A DNA stretch of 62,578 nt from Rotaria socialis (Eukaryota): contig CAJNYD010000125.1 of the NCBI GenBank assembly GCA_905331295.1, forward strand, positions 62,001 through 124,578, in the 5' to 3' direction. This document shows positions 14,072 through 27,725 of the stretch, one piece after another (the stretch's first letter is position 1; each line of letters opens with the position of its first letter). The position numbers and the translations under genes were made by a program. A model generated the notes under the pieces. The model was not told the DNA's origin. It searched no databases and saw only the letters and a list, made by a program, of their open reading frames with translations.

Positions 14072-17000
14072 ATGAAGAAATCGTCGAAAGCAACCAAAAC
14101 GGTGATGTCCGGTGGCATGTTTATGAATAGCAGCAGTAGTAATGAAAGCAATTCAGATGATGAAAAATGTAATTTACCAACTACTGATTTAATTTTTTCG
14201 GAAAATGAAAAAGCCGATGAAGAACCAGTTGTTGTTATACGACGAAATATTAGTAAACTTAAACGACAGCAAGCAACTACATCATTGCAATCCTCATTAT
14301 CCATTCGAAATATATCTTCACTCGATTCCATAGATAATCATGCTGTTAATGATGATAATGATGCAATCCTATCTGATCAAATGACAATAAGAAATTCTCA
14401 TAAAACAGTAGATAATAATGATCATGACATAAATCGAACAAGTTTTAATGAATCTGAACGTACAGATAGTGGTATTGGACGTGATAGTGGATCAAGTTGG
14501 AGGCTTAGCAGTTATAGTGAATCATTCCATTACTATCAACAACAGCAACAAGTAGACAAACAACTAGGTATTTACATGTCATTGAATAAGATTCATTTAA
14601 GTCGGATAGAATGTGAAATTGTTAAGTAGATTTTACTTAGAAATAACAATGATGTTTGTAATCCGTTTGATTTATATGAAGGTCACACTTTTGAATAAGT
14701 TAAAATTTATTTTCATTAAACATAGTTGTGTATAATCCTAAACATATATATTCGTATTGTATTGATTTTAGATTCAGAGTCCAATGATGAACATGAACAT
14801 GATGATGATGGCGATGATGCTACTACGCCAATCCCACAAATAAATGTTAATAGTCAATCGTCTGAGGATTCATTTGAAAATTTTCGATTACAAAAAGCTA
14901 GGTAAATATATTTAACATTCGATGTTTGTTTTCATGGTAAAGTGACTTATGTTATTTTTAAGTTGGCTTCATGTTAAACATTGGTTAACTGTTCAACGTC
15001 AGCATAAGGTTGAATTAGCATCCAAACGTCAATGGAAACGTTTTTGGACATGTTTAAAAGGATCCAATTTATATTTGTATAATGATTATACAGATAGTAA
15101 AGCGAAAATTACAATAAGTAAGTTCTAAGCATTACAAAAAAAGAAAAAGAAAAAGAAAAAGAAAAAAGAAAATCTTTATTATTAAATACTAAGATTAATC
15201 AACAATTTGAGTGAATACTATGTAATTGCGTTTTTTATCACCGTTTCTATATCATATAACTTTTCATCCAATATTTTTTAATTATTGATAACTATTGTTA
15301 GCTTATTTACACATGTTTTTATCAGGTTGAATAAGAAGAAACATGAAAGAATACATTTGTGTATGCCGTCTGATTTATCGTATTGAACAATCACACTTAT
15401 TCGACGAGTATTTTAATCTATACTCATATTCTACACCATCATTGAGACTAACACTACCACTACTACTATTATTCTTCTTCTTATTATTATATACTTCGAA
15501 AAAGAATCACTACTGAAAGATTATTATTCGACTTGATTTACTGTTGTAGAATTTTATTTCACATGAAGTTTTCTCATTATAATATTCTTTTTATTGTTTT
15601 CACTTTATATTTTTTTTCTCTTCAATTCCTATTTACATGTGTTTATAAAGCCCGAAGCACCCTATAAAGAAATTTGATCTAGATAATATGAGTAGATTGA
15701 TATCTATTAAATTTCAAAAGTAAATCAAAACTTTTCTCCAAACAATTCATTTTTGTAAAAAAATAGTTTGCTATTTTGTTATTGCAACTTTAATAGTCAA
15801 CAGTGAGAGGTTTCAATGTCCGTGAACGTGAAGGTAATTCTAAAATTACTCTATACATGAGTATCTTCTTTAGAAACTGTCTGAATTGTCAAAAGACAAA
15901 ACAAAAACTTAATAATATTCCACAGATAATTTTTATTTTCATATACTTGAATATTGAACAAAACGTAATATCATAGATGAATAAATTAGATTATAGTATA
16001 TATGTTAGAAAGAAGTACAAAACAATGTGTCTTTTTGCGTTTCTAAGCCTAAATGAATTACAGATGTGTGTACCATTATTGATTAGGAATCTCAGTTTGT
16101 TATCATTTAAATTTGGATCATGGTGAGAATTGTATTTGTAAAAGGAGGATAAGAACAAGAGAATAAGAAAAGCAAAATACAATGCACACATTGAATGTAT
16201 GTAGGACGACTAATCACAGCTTAGTATCCTATAGAGTGAATGATTGCTAGAACGCAAGATAAGATACAAAATAAACATTTCTATTGTATTTTATATATCT
16301 TTTATTATTATTATTATTCTAGACATCATTGAAAGTCTTTGTTATCCATTACCCGAACATCCCAATCGTCAACACGTATTTAGTTTAACTACTCATACTG
16401 GTGATACATATTGCTTTCAAGTTTGTTAAATATAATTGTTTTTATATTTTTTCATTTGAATGAAAAATATTTTTTCTTTTTTTCCAGTCATCTGATCAAG
16501 TCGAATTGAATCATTGGATTAGTAGTATACATCATTTTTGTTCATTGAAAACAAATGAGAAATTATTAAGAATATCCATAAAAGAATTAGAAGAAAATAT
16601 TGAACGTGAAAATAAAATGCGTAAATTAGGTGAATTACAATTAAATTCGTCAGCCAGTCAAAAAATTCGTTTACTCATATCAAAACAAATTGATCTCTGG
16701 GAGAAAAATTTAGAAGCATTTCATGTTGATCTATTTCGTAATAAATGCTATCTATGCGCATTAACAAATGATCGAGATTTACCGAATCCAAAAGATTTAC
16801 TTTCGCAAGCATCACCAACCACCAAAGCAGTCTTAAATAAATTTGCTGCATTTACACCGTGTAGTTTTTATACAGTTATTGCTGCCCGTCGTCGAATAGA
16901 TCGTCAGGGATCAAAGTATAAATCCTCTAGTGCAGCTATGAAAGCTCATCGTCATCATCATCATCATCAACAACAACAACAACAACAAACAAAATGTTAT

Positions 17001-20000
17001 TTAACTACACCAACGAGTTCTATAGATTCTATTCAATCTCCAACAGTAGCTGATCAAACTATTCTACAAATGGTTACATGTGATTCAGGTCCTCATATGG
17101 TTAGTTTTTAAGAGATATTATGTGAAAGTGTTCGCTTTGTTTTTAGAATAGTCACTTAGATGGTTCATCTTTTTAAGTAAAAATAGGAAAGCTGTCTTTT
17201 GTTGCGTAGAGAAATGTGTTAAATAGAGATTTATGACATAAAGAACGCGTGAAAAAGTTTTTTCAATTGAAAATAAAGCCTTTAGATTTAAGCAAACTAT
17301 TGTATAGATCACAATTCAACAGAGATGAACTAAAATGTGCTAGTCAGCCACAAAGGAAAAAAATAAAAAGACTAGTTATTGACGAAGATTTCTGAATATG
17401 TTGTGAATACATATGAAACTCATTTTCTGGACTTCGATTTTGACATAGAAAACTATTTGTTGTGCACATCTCTCGTCCAAGAAAGTTTTGATTTTCTAGT
17501 AGCATTTACAAAATTTTTCCACGAGAAAAAAGACTCTACTACTTACTCATTTTGTCCTTTGCCTTTATATGTATATAATTATATGTCTGACATGACCGGC
17601 TCAAATTGCATACTATATTATTAGAAGAAAATTGAATATCTTTCATCAGTTCATGTTTTTGTTTTGTTTTTAATTGAAGAGAACCATTGTATCAATTAAT
17701 GAATCAGCAAGTGTTGGAGAATTATTAAAGCGTGTAGCCGACAAATTAGGATTACAAATTGATGATCATTTTCTATATTTTCATTCGACATCATCTCATG
17801 GATTCGTGCCAAGTCGAAATGAAAAACTCAACAATCTTGTATGTTAAATTTTCGAAATAAAAACAGTAAACACGATTCTTCATTATTTCGTTTCTGTTTA
17901 GATTTATTCATCAATTGAAGCACGTCGGAAAATTGTGTATCAAATAACATTAAATAGTCAACTTAATATGTCTGGCATTGAAATAATTACGGAATTATAT
18001 CGAGAATATTCATTGCAAGTTATTGTTTCCAATGTTAAAAAAGGAAGTGAAAGCGAAAGATTAGGTACGTTCAAAAGCAAAACGGAGACTTGAATCTAAA
18101 TATTTAGTAAAAACTCAATCGTTATTATTTTTTTTTTCTAGGAGTTAAAGAAGGTGATGAGATAGTTATTGTAAACAATTCAATTGTACAAGATCTTAGT
18201 CTTGATACACTGGATCAATATTTTAGTCAAATACCAATTATGCTAACGATTCGTTCATCAAGGTTAGTTGGGAAACACAGAAATATGAACAATTTGATTA
18301 TTTTCTTTTTTTTAAATTTTAAAGATTAATTGAATCAATGAATGATCCAAATCGTAAATTTGATTTTTCAAATGCAATCATTCAAAATTTGATATGTCCA
18401 CCACCGCCACCACGTATCGAAAGATTATCACGACAAGAACTTCGTGAACTTATTGTTCCAAAACCGGACTCCGATGGTTCGAATGGATTGATATCATCTA
18501 TTAACAATGATTCAAAAGAAAATGAGCAAACATCATCATCAGCAGCACTCGAACGTTTATTAAAGAATGTTGATGAAATAAGCCGATATTGTCGACCGAC
18601 GACTACTATATTAAATACGAATACAGAACAAATGAATACAATACATCCAACGCCACGTATCAAAGCTCTGTCAAGTGCTCAACGATTGCGAAAAGTTATT
18701 TTTGAATTAGTTGAAACAGAAAAATCTTATGTGCAAGTACGTTTAAAAATCAGAATAATTTTATTGTTGAGTAAAACTAGAAATTGTATGTTCTGATTGA
18801 AGTTCGAAATCTTAAGATATGAATAGGGACCATTATAGTTTTTAATATAAGTATGATTTATCGAGTATTCATCTTTTTTTCCAATAGTGAAAGCTTATTC
18901 TGTGAAAGTTTATTAAGAAAAAAATCAATAAAAACTTCATTTTCTATTCGATAGTATTGACACGTGGGAGAATCGTACTAAAGAAAAAATGATATTCAAA
19001 TAGTAATACTTGTTAAACTTTGATAGATATATCAAATCAACTTTTGTCACAGAACAAACAAATTTAGGAAATTATTCTTTATAACTTAAATCCATATGAA
19101 TATTTATATAGTTTCCTTCTTCGTTGGACGACTTTTTAGATATTTTTTTTTATTAGTATTGATAAGAAAACGAGATCCCATGGATCATAAGCAATAGAAT
19201 AGATATTTAAAATTATTTTCCCTTTTGTTTTTAAGGATATGCAACGCTTACTCGAACGATATATTGAACCGTTACGTGATGATGCAAAACTTTTACCTAT
19301 GGATGCAATTGAATCATTATATGTTAGTGTTAAATCGATTCATCAATTACAACAAACATTTCTTAAACGTCTTGAATCAAATATTCCAACTGAAATCGTT
19401 GCTTATAATGCTATTCATGAATTTCGTGTAAGATGTTTTTATTCGTTTATGATTGTTATCTAAGACAAATTTTATTGATTTCTAGGATATTCTTGTATCA
19501 ATAGCTGATACATTTCTTTCTTATGCTCAATATTTCAAATTATATTCAACATTTTGTGCTATGCATTTAAGAATAAATCGTCTACTTGATATTCATCAAA
19601 ATAATCAACATTTAAAAGAATTTCTTGCTGCACGTAATCCACGTCATCAACATTCATTATCATTTGAATCCTATTTGATAAAACCAGTTCAACGTATACT
19701 TAAATATCCATTACTTCTACAACAAATGTTAACCTTTTCTAATTCAAACGAAACTAATTCGAACGAACCCGTATTATGTTTTGAAATAATAAAATTGAAA
19801 CAAGCTATTAAAATGATGAATGATATTGGTGAATACATGAATGGGATGCAACAACTTTATGAAGATTTTGGACAATCATTTGAATATATTACTAAAAATT
19901 ATAGCGAAGAACATAATAAAGTATATATAAAATTTAATATTTTTACTTTTATAAACGAATATAATCAATTTTCCAATTGTTTAAGATTGTGTCCTTTCGT

Positions 20001-21341
20001 TCGATACTAATCACTAGTAAAAATCTCTATTTTGTGTTCTATAAGTATAGAGTACTTGAGAGCTAGAATGATCTACTATCTAGATAAAATTTCGTTCCTA
20101 TTCATCGATAAATCTCATAGACATGAGAGACAAGTAATAGATTACAGCCAACACGAACATATTCCTAGTGGACAAACAAGAACTTGTTTCAAGTTCCACT
20201 TAAAAAAAAAAGAATATTTCAATAGAAAGTTGATATTTCGATATGAATAGATTTATTTAGCTTAAAAATTTGAACTCTGTCTAGTCATCATGAAAGATAT
20301 TTATGGCTGAAATTACCGCTTTAAAATGAATTATTTAAGTTTTCAATGATTCTATACTCATAGACTCTAGTATGAGTAAACATCTGATAGCTCAATGAGT
20401 GAAGATCGAAAATATCAGTAAAAATAGATTGTTTTTACTATTCATGACTCGATTGATTGAACAATTCAAAGCACTTACCATAGTTGTTATTCTTTTTAAA
20501 TGTGTCTTTTTTCTTTTAAATTAAGAGTTTACAATTAAATTTACCTGATCTCTATGCTTATGGAGAACTTGAGTGGATAAATATGCATTTATTTCTACTT
20601 GGCAAACATCATCAACGTTTAAAAGCCTACTGTTTCGTTTTTCGTAATGGATGTCTTATATTAGTACGTGAACAATCCAATAAGAAAAAACCAGTAAGTG
20701 TTCGTTTGAAATTATTTGATGAAAAACAGTTAAAATCAATAACTTGACTTCTTTTCTTAAGGATTTATTATCCATTCAAAAAGGAAATAAAATCATATCT
20801 GATCGATTCATTCGATTTATTCCAATGGAAGATGTAAATGTTGAATTAATTGAAAATGATGAAAGTAAAGATAATAATATTCCCACATGGCAATTAATTC
20901 ACACTGATTCAAAGACTCGTTTGAAAACGTATTTTCGATTTGCTAACAAGTATATAGCTGCATGATAGTTTTCTTTTTCGAAAATGAAATCATTTTCTAT
21001 TCAATAGAGATGCTCAAACATTTATTAAGACAATCAACAATTGTATTTCGTCCATAGCAACAACAGTCGAATGGCGACAAAATTTATATGATCGTACAAT
21101 AACAAGTATTCGTAATTCTGAACCATCGTATTTGACAAAAAAGCCTTCTTCACAACGTTTATCATCAAGTCGTTCGTGCCATGTTTTATTAACATCCAAT
21201 TCAAGGTCACTACCTCGACAGTCTGATCACAGTCGACGCAGTCCTTCACCTATTTGGAAACGACGATCAACACCAATCCGAAAACAACTATTATCAATGA
21301 ATATTCGACATAAAAGTATACGAAATTCGACTGATTGTTAA
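14072..21341 (+). CDS. TIAM: TIAM1/2 / still life-like Rac guanine nucleotide exchange factor (PH-CC-Ex, RBD, PDZ, DH, PH); about 14 exons
   Basis: PH exon ~14962-15057 (WLHVKHWL..KVELASKRQWKRFWTCLKGSNLYLY) and ~16323-16420 (PEHPNRQHVFSL). CC-Ex exon (KMRKLGELQL...QIDLWEKNLEAFHVDLFRNKCYL...LPNPKDLL). RBD-like exon ~17680-17838. PDZ-like exons (GVKEGDEIVIVN). DH domain (LRKVIFELVETEKSYV...FLAARNPRHQHSLSFESYLIKPVQRILKYPLLL). Second PH at 20527-21100. Confidence 0.9.
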
Positions 21342-23350
21342 TATTTGTTTTATTTTCTTTTTCGTTCTTTTTTTTTCATGCGTTATTTTTCTATATAGTA
21401 TATTGATGGTTTCACTTTTTTCTCGGTCTTCTTGGTGCTTTTGTATAAATGACTGATGTATAAGAATTCGACGATCTTAGAATAACGAGTTGAATAGACT
21501 TAATTCTGATGATGATAATGATGACGTTGAAAATTGTAATGCACGTTTAGTTCTAATAGATTCTATTAGTAGTAATGAAGATGTTTCTTGTTTGAGATTT
21601 TCGGTATTAATTAAAATGTTTCAATCGATGACATTATTCGTAGATGCAATGAACAATGATTCTTTTTGCAAACGATCTACTTCTGTTGTTAAAATATTTT
21701 TTTGTTTTTCTTAATAGAACAGGAGGTTGTAGAAGACTCTTTCTTTTATAAAAACAGTAAATATACTGATTGTTTTGTGCTTGAAGAAAGAAATTGTAAT
21801 CATAGTTATTTACGGATAAGATTGCAAAATATTATTTTAAGAACTGAAATGAAACCTAATTTAATTTCGTGTTTTTCGAGACCTTTCTCAAATGATCATT
21901 GGAGAAGAAAACAAGATGTTGTAATTTAGATACTTTTTTGGATTCTATTTTTCCAGTCTTCCCTTAAAATGTATTTGCTTGTATTGCTTGGCACTTTATG
22001 TATAAAGTGTGTTTATTTAGCTTATTTTGTTTCATTTCATTTGTATACGAACAATATACTTATTAAACAATATTTTTTGACCTTGGACAACATGATGTCG
22101 CTAAGAACAATCATTCAACGCTCCCTGGTTTAGAGAACTTCATGATTCAAACGTAAAGGAAACTTTTAAAAAAGGAAGCTATGAGAAAGATCTATCCAAT
22201 TTTTGCTATCTAGCCTTCAAAAAGGTTTCACAACTTTTTAGTCTAAGCTCTACTTAAAATTCTATGTTTGATTTATCGATAGAAAAATATTAGAAATACA
22301 TTACTTTTTAACTTTATTGACCAGAGTATGCTAGTAAAAATAAAGCTACCTCGTATAAATTAGGGAGGTAAATATGATGTTTAAATCAACGGATAATAAA
22401 TGTGTTCTTTAAATATTTTAAAGCAAAATAACTTATTCAATGTTATGAAAAATATAACTACCGATCATTATCAAAGATCCTTTTGCTAGCGTAAAATGCA
22501 TTAGCGCGTATCAAAAGCATATCAAAATCGAACTTAGAACATCTGTTTTCTAATCTTCAATCTGAAGCTGTGTTCACTCACAAATGTGGTTCCAAAATGA
22601 CGAAAATGAAAGAAATTTGTTGCGAAATAATTAAAGTGACGTCATGAACATATGTTAGCCACTATAGTCTATTGATTTACAGCTGATCCAAGATAATGAA
22701 TCATGGAGATAATTAATCGATCAATCAAAATCGACCCTTAAGAATGTATCGCTAAGTAAGAATAGAGTTTTCTCAGTGATGAATTTCAACATGTCGACAT
22801 AAAAAGTATTCAAGATTTCTCTGAATTGAAGATTTTTCGTGAAGATCCGAAGTTTTACTTCGCATCGCATTTCGTATACGAGTGAAACTCGAATACCATC
22901 TAGTTATTTTCTGTTATGCTTTCATTAACTAGTAGAAGTAACAAAAATCTAAGTCAATATTTTTTTCTTTTGCCAGAACTCCAATCACTGTTTGTCTAAC
23001 TTAACTACAGTCCTATCGTATCCTATATGAGAAGTTACGTGAGATTATACTGAACATTTTTATTTTTAAGTGCAGAAAACCTTAATTTACTCGTTCGGTT
23101 GAGTCATTGTCATAACGAGCGGAAGGGTTTTTGAAATTTGCGAATCATTTTTCTTGCAACGAGTAAGTTTTTTCCTACTTATTTCAGGTTTAGCCTTATA
23201 AAATAATGAATCATTCGATATGAATATTTGATTCGTGTTTTTTGAAGGTTTTTCTTTCCTATAGCTTGCTTGATTGATTACAAAGTCAATAATTATGATA
23301 GATCAAAAACTGACGAATCTATTGGTTTTTTAGTGCGCTTAAAGTCTCCA

Positions 23351-23758
23351 TTACATGGCAATTGAAAATTTTTTTTTCGAATCTGGATAACGTTGTAACT
23401 GTTGTTTAAGTTTACAATGTTTATCAAATGATGTTTTTTGTTCATTTCGATTAAGAAAAGATTTTGCATTGATTAATTTTTGACTAAACTGTACATTCTC
23501 TTTTTGAATACGTTCGTAAACAAGTTTTCGTTGATCTTGTCGATATTGTAAATTACTTTGACGTTGAAATAAATAATAATTATTATAACATGATTGAGGA
23601 TTTCGCCTATATAGTTTATCTTCATATATATTATTCGTCGTATTGCTGTTATTTTTTTCAAGAGTTTTTAAAAATTTTTTATATTCATATTCATGTATTT
23701 TTTGATATTGTAATGATGAATATTTTGTAGAAAGAGCATTGCTAATATGAAATGGCAT
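23351..23758 (-). CDS. CFAP97-domain (Hemingway/KIAA1430-like) small ciliary protein, intronless, ~135 aa
   Basis: First ATG at 23758 (the ORF track start is TTG). The C-terminal segment QRKLVYERIQKENVQFSQKLINAKS...QQLQRYP resembles the 'RI..EN..L..RI' CFAP97 signature. Family assignment is from recalled similarity only. Confidence 0.6.
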   Translation of the reverse strand: MPFHISNALSTKYSSLQYQKIHEYEYKKFLKTLEKNNSNTTNNIYEDKLYRRNPQSCYNNYYLFQRQSNLQYRQDQRKLVYERIQKENVQFSQKLINAKSFLNRNEQKTSFDKHCKLKQQLQRYPDSKKKFSIAM

Positions 23759-23969
23759 TACTACTAGTGAATGATGCGTTCTTTGAGAGCTGTATTTTGG
23801 CGCCGACAAAAAATCTTTTTATTTACTAGCGACATCAAGAAATTTTTCGCAAAGAAAGAGGACAAGCTGGAGCAACGCATCGTTAAATGTCGATACAATC
23901 AAAAGAATATTTTTAACAAAAAATAAAACTTTACTTGTCGTCTGTTAAAATCTTCATTGATTATACACA

Positions 23970-24924
23970 ATGTCACGAGCAGCAGGAACTTTACAAACAA
24001 CCTATAATGCTAGTATGTTTTTATAAATAATAACAAAAACAAACATGATATTTTTATTTATGAATTAGCATATTATCCACCATCACTTATGCCTGGCTAC
24101 AAAGGTAATTATATATATATATTATAAAATCACGAATTACAATTAAGTTTTACTTTTTTGTTGTTGTTGTTAGGTCATGTCCCAACTACACAATTTCAAT
24201 ATGGCGAAACATTTGGTAATGCTACAGCAAAATATTTTCAAGATTATCGAAGCGAAGCATTAAACTCATCACAAAGTCTTTATGCAAGAGGTGAAACTTT
24301 TCAATTAAGTTTTTTCTTTTTAAATCTTGTTTTTTTCTTTTTCTAGGTGGTTATTTTCCAACTCCATATACTCATCAGCCAGAACTTGTTATGAGTGATC
24401 GTCGTCGTAGTCGTGATCAATATCTTTATATACCAAAATATTCACTTAATAATACAAATTTTGATCGAACAAATGAAATACGAAAATTTCATCAAGTTAA
24501 TTATTCATATGTTATTTACAAGAAAAATTTCACCTTTTATTCGTTTTGCTTTAGCTTTCTCAAGAACATCGTGATACATATATAGATCGCAGCGGTACAT
24601 TACATCCTGTTGAACATTTTACTTTGCCTGTACCAAATGAAAGAATGTATGAAGCTAATTTACCGTAGTAAGTGAAAATTTCATTTTAACGAGGTTTCTT
24701 TTAATATCTTGTTTTCCACTATGTCTAGTTCTTCAATGTTACTTCGTCATACATCAGATGTTAATATACCGGTTGATCGAAATTTTCCACCTGTGAAGGA
24801 TGTAGCTAAACAATCAGAATTTCAATTATTTCCATCTACAGGATCGAATCAAGGTAATAATGTATCGAACCAACAACAGCAAAGTGCTGTAAATCAATCG
24901 CCTACTGTCGATTATCTTTGTTAA
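23970..24924 (+). CDS. CIMIP2C: Ciliary microtubule inner protein 2C (FAM166C / C2orf70) homologue; about 6 exons
   Basis: Spliced product MSRAAGTLQTTYNATYYPPSLMPGYKGHVPTTQFQYGETFGNATAKYFQDYRS...GGYFPTPY...SQEHRDTYIDRSGT matches the C2orf70 N-terminus, including the PGYxGHVP motif. Canonical GT-AG introns. Confidence 0.85.
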
Positions 24925-25306
24925 CGACAATTTCAATTGACAAGAAAAACAAATAAACAGAACCGTTTTCTTTTTGCTTGAATTTATTTTTTTTGACTAC
25001 TTGAATTTTAACCAAACAGACTATCATATTTTTATTATTAATCACTAATTTATTTATTTGCCTCAAAAAAGAAAAAAAAAGAAATAAGCATAGATAGAAA
25101 AATTTTCAAATCCATGCATGAATAGAAATGATTAGTTCCTGCTGATAACCTTGCCAAGAAAAACATGATTACCTTGTCCGATAAAAGAAAAATAGATATA
25201 GCTAACATAATTATATCGATATGCAAAGAGACATAAGTGATGGAATATAAAAATATATATTATAATGGAAGATACATGCATCTCCTTCTAATGTATTTGC
25301 TGTCAG

Positions 25307-27725
25307 TTAACTCGCTTTTGAAATTGTTTCTTTGTCTTCCTTGATAATACTAAATGCACTATTCGATGAAATAGTGCTGCTGGCTGACGGAGAACTTGCG
25401 ATATATTGTCGTATAATAATTACTCGTTCTTTTGTTTTTACTGATTGAGAAGGAAGAGGAATCGATTTTTCGTCTTCTTTCTCAGAAATTGGTTCTTCCT
25501 GAGTAGATATAGAATCCATTAAAGGTGATGAAGTGCTGCTGTGTTCCTTTATAGGTGTAGACGAACAATCGGATGATGCTTGCATATTTGAAGCTAATGT
25601 AGATGCTTCACTGCTTGATTTTAGATAACGATTGAGAAGATAAACACTAGGTAGTTCCTGCGGTTGGTATCTATATTTAATATTAACATTACGAGCTTCA
25701 CCAGCTAATTGCTGAGGTAATGTATTTTCTTTGTCTTTTGACGAATGCAATGTTACTTTTTGGTATTCGACAGTTAAATCACTTGATGGTGTTTTTGATA
25801 CCTGAGAATTTGATTTATTGGATACTGTATGACGCGTTTGATTACTATTATTTTTGCTTTTTCTTTTGGGGGATACACTTCTACCAACTTTTACAACTGC
25901 TGGACTTGTTGTGGATATTGTTCCTGATGATACAGTTGTAGATCGATGTTTGTGTCGAATACTACGATGGTGTCGTCTATATTTTCTTGGTGAATGATTG
26001 TATCGTGCAGAATAATCGTCTTTGCAAATGATTTCATCTGAAATGAGAATAGCACCTGGAGGAAGTGGAGGTGTTTTTCGTAACCATGGACGCATAAGAT
26101 CAGATGTCGGTGCTTGAAGATATTGATTTTGTTGTGTTGTTTGATTGGGTATATATTGTGGTACAGTTGGACGACGAAGCAATGGCGTAATTCGTCCACT
26201 TGCTGGCCTTGCATTTGGAGTAGAAACAGGAGTAGGTACGCGATGACAAGCAGCACAATGTTGTACCCAGCAATAACCCATAACTGGCACGTTAAGTGAA
26301 GGTGGTACTGGCGGACACGCACGGCATGTACTTGGGTAAGAGTTATTAAAATTATTTTGAGATAATGATGAAGCTGCCGTGTCATACGGTGGTGACGACG
26401 CGGGCATATTCGCTGGCATCATGGGAGCTGAGGCAGCATATGATTGTAGATCCGGTTGTTGTGATGGAAAAGCTGATATGGGTGCCGAAGAAAGAGCAGT
26501 TGCAGCTGATGAAAAATCTTGCATTGGAGCAGAAGGTAGCATCTGTAAATTTGAAGCAGGTGGAAGAGATGAAAAATCTTGCATTGGAGCAGAAGGTAGC
26601 ATCTGTAAATTTGAAGCAGGTTGAAATGATGAATAATTTTGCATAGGAGCTGAAGGTAACATCTGTAAGTTTGAAGCAGGTTGAAGCGATGGAAAACTTT
26701 GCATAGGAGCTGAAGGTAACATCTGTAAATTTGAAGCAGGTTGAAGCGATGGAAAACTTTGCATAGGAGCTGAAGGTAACATCTGTAAATTTGAAGCAGG
26801 TGGAAGAGATGAACAAGCTGGCATCAAAGGAGGCATGTAAGACTGTTGTGCATTTGAAGATGATTGAAAAGCTGATATCGATGGTATAGGTTGCTGTTGA
26901 TATAAAGATGCTTGTGGATAACTGGACATCATCATTTGAGGTGTTTGCCAATTTGAACTAAATGGTAATACAGCAACAGGATTGCTATACCGTTGCACAA
27001 CCATTTGTTGAACTGCAGGTGTGAGTGGTAATGATCCTAGCTGTGGCAATGGTGGTGGTAGTGGAAATGAACATAACGGTTGCGATATACGATTGTAAAG
27101 AAAAGGTGGCATTGCCTAAAATATATGAATGTTTATTTTCAGCCTTGTTTTTAACTTGATTAAATGAATGACTTACTAGGGGACCTGTGCAAGGTTGCTG
27201 AAGAGATGATTGACCTGTTGGTATGAAAATGACTCTGATCTTTGGTGGTAAACTCATATTGCTGGTTGGTTCATAATTAAAATTTGAACTGGTACCAAAA
27301 CCTATACTCGTAGAATTCATAAACAGTGGCATTGGCACATACCTAATCTCTCTTTCATATTCATATACTGGATCATTATGATAATTTGATGTTTCGAATG
27401 ATGATGGATACATTGGCAATTGTGCATTGTAGCCGTGTAACTTCGCGTACTGTCTTTCTATTTTTCCTAATTTACGCATATATTGTTCATATCGATATCG
27501 CTCATCTAATCCAGTTAAAAAGTTTGAAAGTCTATTACCATAACCAGCTTGTCTGTCTTGATAGTAAGGTGGCTGATAAAATGTTTGAGTGGGATAATGA
27601 GGTGAAAAATAAGCTCCTTGGCTTGTGTTCCTATCATGATAATAATTTCGATTGGCAATCTGATTAGGTGAACTGAACGGATAGGAGGGAAAACCTCCGT
27701 AACCACGTGGTACCAATATCGCCAT
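25307..27725 (-). CDS. Uncharacterised ~785-aa Tyr/Pro/Gln/Ser-rich protein with a 20-aa tandem repeat; 2 exons (27725-27177, 27115-25307)
   Basis: Two long ORFs are joined in frame by a 61-bp GTAAGT...TTTTAG intron (27176-27116). No family recognised. Confidence 0.75.
26508..26824 (-). repeat. 60-bp tandem repeat, ~5.3 copies, encoding PASNLQMLPSAPMQ(S/N/D)(F/Y)xSxx
   Basis: Consecutive 60-nt sequence lines 26521-26820 are near-identical. Confidence 0.95.

Noticed and set aside
21490..23340. Intergenic ORFs and possible decayed transposon sequence
   Set aside because: No recognisable domain, terminal repeats or TSD could be identified by eye.
26508..26824. Regularly spaced repeat as a possible CRISPR array
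   Set aside because: The units are contiguous with no unique spacers, lie in frame in a eukaryotic exon, and there are no cas genes.
26365..26951. Several overlapping open frames on both strands across the 60-bp repeat, suggesting dual coding
   Set aside because: A stop-poor repeat unit whose length is a multiple of 3 keeps frames open automatically, and the ORFs end shortly outside the repeat.
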